64,000 nucleotides of DNA from Candidatus Hydrogenedens sp. (lineage in GTDB: Bacteria; Hydrogenedentota; Hydrogenedentia; Hydrogenedentales; Hydrogenedentaceae): positions 121,444 to 185,443 of the forward strand of contig JBMFRC010000005.1 in NCBI GenBank assembly GCA_049968235.1. The letters run 5' to 3'. A program made the translations under genes and the position numbers. How positions within the stretch are numbered: the first letter of the stretch is position 1; every line of letters begins with the position of its first letter. Below, piece after piece: positions 12,102-22,183 of this stretch. The notes beneath the pieces were generated by a model. The model had not been told where the DNA came from. It worked only from the letters and a program-made list of their open reading frames with translations, and searched no databases.

Positions 12102-13052
12102 ATGTCTATCATATCATTTGTAACAATAGGAATCCTGTCCATAAGCGGAGTATTATTAGATGGTATTGTTGCCACAGTAGATAATGAACCTATACTTATG
12201 AGCGACCTGCGAGAGGAAATTGCCCCCTTCCTTGCTGACTTACAATCGCAGGGAGCCACAGCCCAGCAAATACAGCAGGAGATGGAAAAAGCCCTTCAAA
12301 AGGCATTAGACCGTTATATCGAAAGACTTCTCCTCTATCGTAAAGCAGTCAACGAGGGATTGCAGGTAGATGAAAAAGAAATTGATGAGCGTGTTAACAA
12401 AATAAAAAAACGCTACGGCTCTCCGGAAGAATTTAATCGTCTTTTAGCAGAAAGCGGAGAGGTGATGAGTGAATTTCGTGAACGAATAAAACAACAACTT
12501 ATTGCCCTTTCCTATGCTTTGAAAAAAAGAAAAGAATTTGAAAAAGAAATTACAATATCCGAACCCGATATTGCCAAATACTACAACGAACATATTGAAG
12601 AATTTCAAAATCCGCAACGCATCAAGGTCCGCAGAATATTTCTATCCGCACCCAGAGAAGGGGAGGAACGGACAAAAGTAAAAGAATACATTTTAGAAAT
12701 ATTTGACCGTTTAAAACAGGGTGCGGATTTCGGCTCCATAGCTGAAAATGAATCTCAAGGTCCTGAAGCCGATAAATCTGGACTTATTGGCTGGGTATCC
12801 AGAGGTGATTTAGTTCCCGAATTAGAACAGGAAATCGAAAAAATGTCCGTTGGCGAAATTAGCCAACCCATCGAGACCGAATGGGGTTTTCATATCCTGA
12901 AAGTAGAAGAAAAAGAAGACAGCGGGAAACTTTCCTACGAACAGGCTCGTATCATTATCGAACCAAAACTCAAAGAACAATACATCAACGACCGTTATCA
13001 AAAATGGCTCAATGAAATAAAAAAAGGAGCCAATATCCGCATATTCATGTAA
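12102..13052 (+). CDS. SurA/PrsA-like periplasmic chaperone with one parvulin-type PPIase domain
   Basis: N-terminal signal/TM, SurA_N-like 'ATVDNEPILMSDLREE', parvulin motif 'GWVSRGDLVPELEQEIEKMSVGEISQPIETEWGFHILKV'. Confidence 0.7.
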   Translation: MSIISFVTIGILSISGVLLDGIVATVDNEPILMSDLREEIAPFLADLQSQGATAQQIQQEMEKALQKALDRYIERLLLYRKAVNEGLQVDEKEIDERVNKIKKRYGSPEEFNRLLAESGEVMSEFRERIKQQLIALSYALKKRKEFEKEITISEPDIAKYYNEHIEEFQNPQRIKVRRIFLSAPREGEERTKVKEYILEIFDRLKQGADFGSIAENESQGPEADKSGLIGWVSRGDLVPELEQEIEKMSVGEISQPIETEWGFHILKVEEKEDSGKLSYEQARIIIEPKLKEQYINDRYQKWLNEIKKGANIRIFM

Positions 13053-13307
13053 TAATGAAATGTATAAGCAATAAAAAAAGCACAGATTTCAATTTTCTTT
13101 AAACCTTCAATTATAATCTATATAACATTTTCTTCCAGTCGGATATTTCTCCCCTTCCAATTATCAGTATTTGATTCTTTTGGGATTAATTCTAAAACAA
13201 ATTATATTAATAGCAATAATTTTTTAGGAACTAAACGAAATGAGAAGGTATTTATATATTAATAGTATTATTATAAAAATAATTATGAAATATTTTCTAA
13301 GAAAAGC

Positions 13308-13336
13308 TTGACAAATAATTTTTTTTTTTGTATAAT
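13308..13336 (+). promoter_or_regulatory. consensus sigma-70 promoter TTGACA-N17-TATAAT with a T11 homopolymer filling the spacer
   Basis: ttgaca 13308-13313; spacer 13314-13330 contains ttttttttttt at 13319-13329; tataat 13331-13336. AGGAGG RBS at 13366 and ATG at 13379. Confidence 0.5.
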
Positions 13337-13378
13337 TAAAATTATTAAATTTGAAATTCAATAATAGGAGGTCCAATC

Positions 13379-14935
13379 ATGATTAAGCCATTCAAAAGAG
13401 CAACAACAAGATTCATTTTGACAGGCATATGCTTGTTAATTATTACAAGTTCTGTTTATGGATTGAATACTGATTTTATTCAAAAAGTTAAGGAAACAGA
13501 AAAATTAGTTTACGCCGATGTGAATAACAACTACATAAAAGATGCCCTTCAGAAATTGATAGACCTGTTTCGTTCTATTCCTGAAAATGATATAGAAAGT
13601 GCGGATGCCCTATTAGGACCCCTTCATTTATATAGTTTCATTATAAGCGAGTTTTGTCGTCCGGAATTTTTATATAAGGAAAAATTATTACAGGAGTATC
13701 AATATCCTTCTGACAAGTTATTAATGGCGGTTGCTTATTTGAATAACTCTACTACCCGTGTAAATACGGCTGTCTCTATTATAAATTGTCTAAATGAGTT
13801 GAAGCAAGGAGATAATAGAACCATGACATTTTTAGCGGAGGTGATAGGTGTCTATGCCTTGACATCAGAAGAAAGTATGAGAATACAAAAAGGAATGGGT
13901 TCTGAATTAACAAAGGAGATAGATAAATTATTTATAAATCTTTTCTTTGAAAATTATCCGACATTAACAGCCTCTCAATTTGTTTTACAGGACCTCTTAG
14001 ATAGAGGAATTGAGAAAGTTATTTCCGAATATGGAATGTATAATGTGGATAAACTTGTGAAAACCTATATCGAAACTCCTGAAAAATTAAATTTATTGGC
14101 AGGATTTAATAACACCGATATATCTACTCAAAAACTTTACACGCATCTTTCAGGCTTTAACAAGGTAGCCAATGTCCTACCTTCTATGAATTTATTCGAC
14201 ATCAAAGAGCAGGTTCTTCATAAATGGGTGGAGATGTTGAGGGAAGAAAAAGATATAAACACACGATATACACTCATTACATTCTTAAAATGTGGAAGTA
14301 TTCTAAACAAAGATTGTCAGGAACTTATAAAGACTGCTATCAAGGAAGCCAGCATGAAAAAAGAGTTAACACCGGATGTCCTATATGCAAAGATTACACT
14401 GTTAAAACTTGCTATGAAAAATTACTGGATAAAGGAAGCAGAAGAAATCTTGATGGATATTTCTCAATTAGAATTGTTACCTCCTATTCACGGTATTCAA
14501 AGTGTTTATGCTCAGCAAAAAAGATTTATGGAAAGAGGAACGGAATATTTTGTTAGACTGGGATATTACGACACTGCGAAGAAAGTATTAGAACTCCAAT
14601 TAGCAAAATACCGCGATAGTCACTTTGAAATGGGGACCAGAACTAAATTGGAAAAGTTAGAAAAATATCCAGTTGATTATAGCATAGAGTTAATCAATTT
14701 AGATATGGTAAAGTCTGATATGAGAAGAAGACCCGAGTTAATTCGTAAATATCTTGATGAAATTGTCAAATACACACCTAACCCTGACCTAAAAAACCTT
14801 CTTGCTAATCATAATGTAAATCAGCCTTTGAATTATTATACTAAAGACTATCCTATTATAGTTCAAAGGTTAGGTCTGAAAAAATTTTTTGAAGAGAGGG
14901 GGATACCATACCCTCCCATCGGAACACAAAAATAA
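13379..14935 (+). CDS. secreted hypothetical protein (518 aa), first gene of SSR-regulated operon
   Basis: Signal peptide 'MIKPFKRATTRFILTGICLLIITSSVYG'. Helical K/N/E-rich. No recognisable catalytic motif. Confidence 0.55.
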   Translation: MIKPFKRATTRFILTGICLLIITSSVYGLNTDFIQKVKETEKLVYADVNNNYIKDALQKLIDLFRSIPENDIESADALLGPLHLYSFIISEFCRPEFLYKEKLLQEYQYPSDKLLMAVAYLNNSTTRVNTAVSIINCLNELKQGDNRTMTFLAEVIGVYALTSEESMRIQKGMGSELTKEIDKLFINLFFENYPTLTASQFVLQDLLDRGIEKVISEYGMYNVDKLVKTYIETPEKLNLLAGFNNTDISTQKLYTHLSGFNKVANVLPSMNLFDIKEQVLHKWVEMLREEKDINTRYTLITFLKCGSILNKDCQELIKTAIKEASMKKELTPDVLYAKITLLKLAMKNYWIKEAEEILMDISQLELLPPIHGIQSVYAQQKRFMERGTEYFVRLGYYDTAKKVLELQLAKYRDSHFEMGTRTKLEKLEKYPVDYSIELINLDMVKSDMRRRPELIRKYLDEIVKYTPNPDLKNLLANHNVNQPLNYYTKDYPIIVQRLGLKKFFEERGIPYPPIGTQK

Positions 14936-14963
14936 ATTAATAAACAAGAGAGGAGGACAAAAT

Positions 14964-15099
<136 letters not shown>

Positions 15100-15107
<8 letters not shown>

Positions 15108-17034
15108 TTCTTGCTGTGATATAGAAAATTCCCTAAGTACTAATGCTTCTTGTGGTATTTTTTGTGAAGAGGGAGAATTAGGCAATATTACAGTATACCC
15201 ACAAAATTCTTGTTATTTAAAGGGAGAGAAAGTTCATGTATGGTTTGAAGGGACCAATCCGGATTATGATTTTTGTAACTGGTTATCCGATCCCCCTGAT
15301 ATTTATTCTGCTAACAATCCTTTACCTTACACAGTGGTTCAGATAAAAGACCAACCCCAGTCGCTAATTGCGTTTTGCCAGAAAAATAAGGTAACACTTA
15401 CAGTAGAGTGTGACTACGCTTCTTTTTTAATGCCTGGGAATAGATTAGAAGTTCCATCCGGAGCAAATGTGGCATATACCATAGTTAGTGGAGAACAGGT
15501 CCCCTGGCGTTATACTATAGAATATCCAGTAGGTTCCTCAATTGAAGTTTCTGCGATACCTGCCGATGGTTATATAATAGACTGGAAGGGGAATAGTGCT
15601 TGTGTTGGGGGATGTAAAGGTATTAGATATTATCAAAATAGTATTAATGTTATGATGGTGGGTAGTGTCTATTTAAAGCCTTGTGCAACCCACATAAACG
15701 ATTACGATTTTGATTTTCACACAATGACAATTAGTGCGGTTTATGGGGAGGGTATATTGTTAAGTGGCGGATATAATTATTCTCAGGGTGGGTGCGATAT
15801 ACCTCTATTTCCATATGCTTCTGCTTTATCTTATGGCAGATTTCGTGTAGCAGTAGTTCCAGAATCATTTAAATCTCTAGCATACTGGTATTGCTCTACA
15901 GAAAATCTTTATTGCCCTTCTGAAGTAGCAGAAGCAGTTTTCCCAATAAATGGAAATAGGACACATTCTGCTAACGCAGTTCTGGTTGATAAGGTTTTTT
16001 TAATTACTCCTGACCCATTAGGATTAAAGTACATAGACCATGTTCATTATTATGAAAATAATATGGGAGGTATAGCAAAAATAATTACTCCACTTTTATA
16101 TTCACCATCGAGTTTTGACCCATATCCTTTGGGGTGGAATCCTTTACCATACGGTTCTACCCATCCCAATGAATTCTGGTCGGTAGAAAATCTCTATGAG
16201 TGCCCAGAATGCAATGCGGTGGAACTTGAGCCCATTCCCTGTTTAGGTTCTGAATTCTTATATTGGGAAGTATCCCCTGATGGTGATGTTTGGATACCTG
16301 TCCCTCGCAATCCTATAAATCCAAATCTTACCGTATATATGAATTATTTTGGTTCATTTGACCCCATCTACTATCCTGGCGATATACATATTCCCAATGG
16401 AGGTGTCACCCTCTATGTTCGACCGGTATTCAAATTGTCTTGTGACTTCGTTTGTGGATATTGTTCCGGTCCTGATGGCCGTGATGTAATAATTGATATG
16501 TATGAAAATCCCGAGGTATTGTTGGGTGTTCAAATGTATCCTGGTCCAGCACCTGATTGCAGTAAATATGTAACAAACCAACAGAACCATCCTGCTCACT
16601 ATGAAAAAGAGGATTTATTACCATTTAATGTATTACAATGTCACCATGGAACTTTAAATTATCCGCACGATGGTTGGGCGATAGAGGACGGGATAGCGGA
16701 GTGTTATGATGCAGTAGAGCAAGCATATTCGGGAACGATAAATGTAACATCTGTATATCGTTGCCCGGTGAAGAATTCATCTGTTAATGGGAGTTTAACA
16801 AGCAAACATCTATTGGGCAAAGCATTTGACTTCGACCAACCAAGTTCAGAAGCCAACTGGCGTGTAGCTAAAACAGCATATGAATGTAATAATAATAATG
16901 AGATATTATTGTATTATTATGAGAACGGTAATAAAAAATCAGTAAGTTTTTATAAAGTTTCAGATGAAAATGAAAAACCATGGGAAAAATACATCTTCGA
17001 ACATGGACATGTTGGGATAGTTTCTGGAGATTAA
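15100..17034 (+). CDS. body of candidate phase-variable lipoprotein: Cys-rich extracellular region plus C-terminal peptidase M15A (LAS zinc D,D/L,D-peptidase, DUF882/YcbK-like) domain
   Basis: Frame +1 is open from 14977 with no start codon. It encodes '...LLSISILISGC PPQNPPQEF...' with lipobox I-S-G-C (Cys codon 15064-66) before the track GTG at 15100. C-terminus 'SVYRCPVKNSSVNGSLTSKHLLGKAFDFD' matches the SGYRxPxxNxxVGGxxxSxHxxGxAxD motif; 'HDGWAIED' and 'EHGH' supply the other Zn-ligand/ExxH motifs. Confidence 0.6.
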
Positions 17035-17059
17035 TAGTAAAAAGAAGGAGGAAAACGAT

Positions 17060-18328
17060 ATGACAATTTATCTTAAAACAGGAAAAAAATTCACATTAAT
17101 ATGTTTTTTTATATTATGTATTGTGAAAAATGGATATTCGCAAACAGATATAATTGAAAGTAAAACGATAAATTGGGGAAAGATTTATTCTTTAGTAGTT
17201 ATGGAAAGACTTCCTGAATTAGATGCAGAAAAAGAAAGAGAAATATTAGAAGAAACAGATAAAATTTTACATGAAACGAAGTCTCTTTATAAAGCCTGCA
17301 ATTTTCTAATGAATGAGGTAGCAGAAAAAGATAGGAAGAGATACTTAATTGTTGGCAATAAGAAAATAAAAGAAAAATTAGTGGAATTATTTAAGATGAG
17401 GATACAGTGTGAATTAAAAGAGGCAATTCAATCCGACTTGCAAGACAGTATTTTAAGTAGAAAAGATATTTCAGAAGAAGATAAGATGAGAGTGTTAGAG
17501 TCGATAAATAAAGAAAAAGAACTTATGAATAGTACTTTGAATTATTTAATAATGAGAGATGGTGATATGTGTTTAGATTGTTACATTCGTGATACAGAAC
17601 TGAAAAAGTTGTTGACGCCCCCACCGGGACAGGAAGAAGAATTTGAACCTGAAGGAGTATATTATAACATAGAGGCTTTTTATTCAGTAGCTCTTAGTAC
17701 CTTTGTTCCGGAGATGTATGATTATTTGTGGTTATCAAAATATGATGTAGAAGAGTTACCTTATTATCCTTTATATTTTTATATACTTAAGGTCTATCCG
17801 AAAGAATTTCTTAATGATATATCCCATGGTTTTATAAGATACAAAGATGGGTATATATACCGGAAAGAAGGAGAAGGTTTTCGATGGGAAGATGTGTTTA
17901 ACATCGCAGGGTTACTAACAGAATATAATTCATCTTTTGTAGAGCAAGAAAAGGATAGAATTAAAACAATATTGGGAAAATACTTTGAAGATTTTATAGG
18001 CAATATAAGGAAGGAAAGAGAAGAACTATTCCTACAAATATCTAGTAATAATAAAAAAGAGGATAGGACTACTTGCAATAGCATGTTAACAGATACTTTT
18101 TTTAAAGAATTGAGACTACGAGAAAAGATGTTAGCGATTTATGAGCGAATAGGAGAGAAAGAGGATGTAGAGGATATAAAGAAGTTGGCAGAAGATATTC
18201 CTTTGGATTATCCGGTGTGGGAGAGCAATCGAGAAGGGGACGAAAAACTAAGAGAAAGATACCTACAACGGGTGAAGGAACTTCAAGACAGAGTGAAAGT
18301 ATTGGTTGAGAAATTATCTCAACAATAG
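17060..18328 (+). CDS. secreted hypothetical protein (422 aa), E/K-rich coiled-coil
   Basis: AAGGAGG RBS. Signal peptide 'MTIYLKTGKKFTLICFFILCIVKNGYSQT'. Only 25 nt after the lipoprotein gene. Confidence 0.5.
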   Translation: MTIYLKTGKKFTLICFFILCIVKNGYSQTDIIESKTINWGKIYSLVVMERLPELDAEKEREILEETDKILHETKSLYKACNFLMNEVAEKDRKRYLIVGNKKIKEKLVELFKMRIQCELKEAIQSDLQDSILSRKDISEEDKMRVLESINKEKELMNSTLNYLIMRDGDMCLDCYIRDTELKKLLTPPPGQEEEFEPEGVYYNIEAFYSVALSTFVPEMYDYLWLSKYDVEELPYYPLYFYILKVYPKEFLNDISHGFIRYKDGYIYRKEGEGFRWEDVFNIAGLLTEYNSSFVEQEKDRIKTILGKYFEDFIGNIRKEREELFLQISSNNKKEDRTTCNSMLTDTFFKELRLREKMLAIYERIGEKEDVEDIKKLAEDIPLDYPVWESNREGDEKLRERYLQRVKELQDRVKVLVEKLSQQ

Positions 18329-18599
18329 AAGGAACATTTCAGAGATTAAAATAACACTGTTTGAATACTGCTTTTCTTCTCTACTTTTTAACAGGGGACT
18401 TTATTTGATTATAGATAAAAAAAAGAACTGGGGATGAGAGGGGAATAAATTCCTAAAATAGATATTTATGTTCATAGGGTACATTTGAAGTATTTTTTTA
18501 TAATGCGGATTGTAACTTATTGAAGATGGCTTTTATAATGAGGTAAGAAAAATAAGGAGTATTTTTATTGTTTTAGTTTAGAAAATAGTTCAGTTTATT

Positions 18600-19382
18600 A
18601 TGTTAAAGCGTGCGTTAAAGATGAGTTTTTGGGTTTGGTATGATTATATGGGGACATGGTTCTTTTTTAATGTGAGTTTTATTTGCCCACTGTTATTTTT
18701 GGCTATCCCCTTGTTATCTTATGATGTTGGATATTTTTCTTTATTGGGTGGCTTTTTATTCTTTCTGATGGTTGCCTATTTTTACTTTGTAAATGTTTTT
18801 GTCTCTGCATTTACAGTTACTATTCTTGAGCATAAAGAAGGATTTCGTGAGAAGCTTATTTATGCGTTAAAGATTGTTGTATTCAAGGCAGGTTCGGTGT
18901 TCTTTTTGTTCGCACTATTTTTTCTGATTGTATGGGTCAATATCAGATTTTATATAAGTAGCCAATTTTTTAATTTTCTATGGGTAAGGTATATTCTTTT
19001 AGGTCTTTTTATGTGGTTCGGACTGTTTTCTTTTATATCTTTGTTGTGGGTTGTTCCTTCATTATCGTTTAAGAAAATATCCTTTTGGAAATATGTATAC
19101 TGGGGATATGTCCTTTTATTAGCCAATCCGTATTTTAGTTTTCAGGTGCTTTTTTGCTATACTATATTATGTATATTGAATATGTTTCCTTTATTTTTCT
19201 TTTTTATGGGCATGGTAATGCCGTCAATTTTTTTGACCTGTGCCTATGAAATTTTATCCCGGAAATATGAGGCGATTCAGACCTCAGGGGATAAGTTAGA
19301 AGATTATCAAATTTTTAGAGATTACGAAGATGAATTTCTCAACCGAAGTTGGGAACATCTCATAAAACCCTGGAAATTATAA
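18600..19382 (+). CDS. polytopic membrane protein, unknown function
   Basis: About 6 hydrophobic segments rich in F/L/W. No motif recognised. Confidence 0.5.
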   Translation: MLKRALKMSFWVWYDYMGTWFFFNVSFICPLLFLAIPLLSYDVGYFSLLGGFLFFLMVAYFYFVNVFVSAFTVTILEHKEGFREKLIYALKIVVFKAGSVFFLFALFFLIVWVNIRFYISSQFFNFLWVRYILLGLFMWFGLFSFISLLWVVPSLSFKKISFWKYVYWGYVLLLANPYFSFQVLFCYTILCILNMFPLFFFFMGMVMPSIFLTCAYEILSRKYEAIQTSGDKLEDYQIFRDYEDEFLNRSWEHLIKPWKL

Positions 19383-19393
19383 CCACGTTTTAA

Positions 19394-20710
<1,317 letters not shown>

Positions 20711-20800
20711 ATTCGTATATATACTCATTTTTAGTGTATAATATATAAATAGATGATGTATAATATTAATAATAAATACAGGAGCATGTGACGCAAGTAA

Positions 20801-21097
20801 ATGCAAAGATTAAAGCAGATACTGCGTTTTATATTAGTTTTAACAGTGGCATGTGCTTTTGCGTATACCTATTTTGTCCATCGTGATATTGCTAATCGTT
20901 ATAAACAAGTAAAACAAGCAGAAGTTCAATTTCAACAATTAGTTCAACAAATTCGTGATTTGGTGGAGCAAAAGAGTTCTTTAGAAAAAGAAATAGAACG
21001 GCTTAAAGCAGACCAGTTAAAACAGGAAGAATCGGTGCGTAAGAATAAAGGCTGGGTTTACCCGGGTGAAAAGATTCTAAGGCTGGAAGAACGATGA
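20801..21097 (+). CDS. ftsB: septum-formation initiator FtsB/DivIC-like protein
   Basis: N-terminal TM, coiled-coil, C-terminal 'GWVYPGEKI' (FtsB 'V.PGE'). The classic eno-ftsB neighbourhood. Confidence 0.55.
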   Translation: MQRLKQILRFILVLTVACAFAYTYFVHRDIANRYKQVKQAEVQFQQLVQQIRDLVEQKSSLEKEIERLKADQLKQEESVRKNKGWVYPGEKILRLEER

Positions 21098-21124
21098 TAA
21101 AGGAGTTCTTAATAATAATCGGGC

Positions 21125-22183
21125 ATGAGTAAGATACGATTAAAGAGAGAAACAATTTCGACCCATGAAATTGTAATTCACAATCATGATGAATTGATTA
21201 AATTATTGGGGGTAAACGGTGAAATTCGCAAACGCGTATGCGACCAAACGCGAGTACAGGTGATTGACCGTGGAGGAAAGGTCCTTTTAATTGGTGAATA
21301 TACAGAAGCCCGCAAAGTAAGCGATATACTGAATCATTTGTTGTATGCCGTTCGTAAAGGATATACTCCAACCCCTGCTGATTTTGACCTTGCACTGGAA
21401 GATTATCCGGATATGAAAAATAAGGTTGCAATAGCCGAAACATCTGAAATACAAACTGCAAAACTTTCCGTTCCGGGACTAAGACCCGAAATAAAAGTTC
21501 AACCTCGTTCAAAAGGACAGGTAGAATATCTGGAAACTGTTCAGCAGTGCGAAATGACCTTTGTAATAGGTCCTGCGGGTACCGGGAAGACCTATCTTGC
21601 GATGGCTTCGGCAGTGTCTGCTTTACTCAACAAACAAGTGCGGAGATTGGTTTTAACCCGACCTGCGGTGGAAGCAGGTGAAAATCTGGGTTATTTACCC
21701 GGAGCCTTAGAAGAAAAAGTCCATCCCTATTTACGACCTCTCTACGATGCTTTGTATTCAATGGTGGATTTTGAACGGGTTCAGCGATGGATAGAACAGG
21801 AACGGATTGAAGTGGCTCCATTGGCTTTTATGAGAGGTCGTTCACTGGACCATGCCTTTGTGATATTGGATGAAGCCCAGAATACAACGAGTGACCAGAT
21901 GCTTATGTTCCTGACACGTTTGGGTGAGGGTTCACGTGCTATCATTACAGGCGATATAACGCAGATTGATTTGCCAAAAGGGAAAACATCTGGACTGGTG
22001 GAAAGTCGTCGAATTCTTGAAGGGATTCCAGGAATAGGTATCGTCCACCTAACGAAGCGTGATGTAGTTCGGCATCCCTTAGTACAGAGAATTATTGACG
22101 CTTATGAATCGCATGGCAGGTTATCCAATCCCGATGCTACGCAACTCCAGTCCGATGAAAAACGGAGTGAGCATAGGCTATGA
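21125..22183 (+). CDS. phoH: PhoH-like ATPase with N-terminal KH domain
   Basis: Walker A 'GPAGTGKTYLAMA', 'LDEAQNT', 'ITGDITQIDLP'. Confidence 0.9.
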   Translation: MSKIRLKRETISTHEIVIHNHDELIKLLGVNGEIRKRVCDQTRVQVIDRGGKVLLIGEYTEARKVSDILNHLLYAVRKGYTPTPADFDLALEDYPDMKNKVAIAETSEIQTAKLSVPGLRPEIKVQPRSKGQVEYLETVQQCEMTFVIGPAGTGKTYLAMASAVSALLNKQVRRLVLTRPAVEAGENLGYLPGALEEKVHPYLRPLYDALYSMVDFERVQRWIEQERIEVAPLAFMRGRSLDHAFVILDEAQNTTSDQMLMFLTRLGEGSRAIITGDITQIDLPKGKTSGLVESRRILEGIPGIGIVHLTKRDVVRHPLVQRIIDAYESHGRLSNPDATQLQSDEKRSEHRL

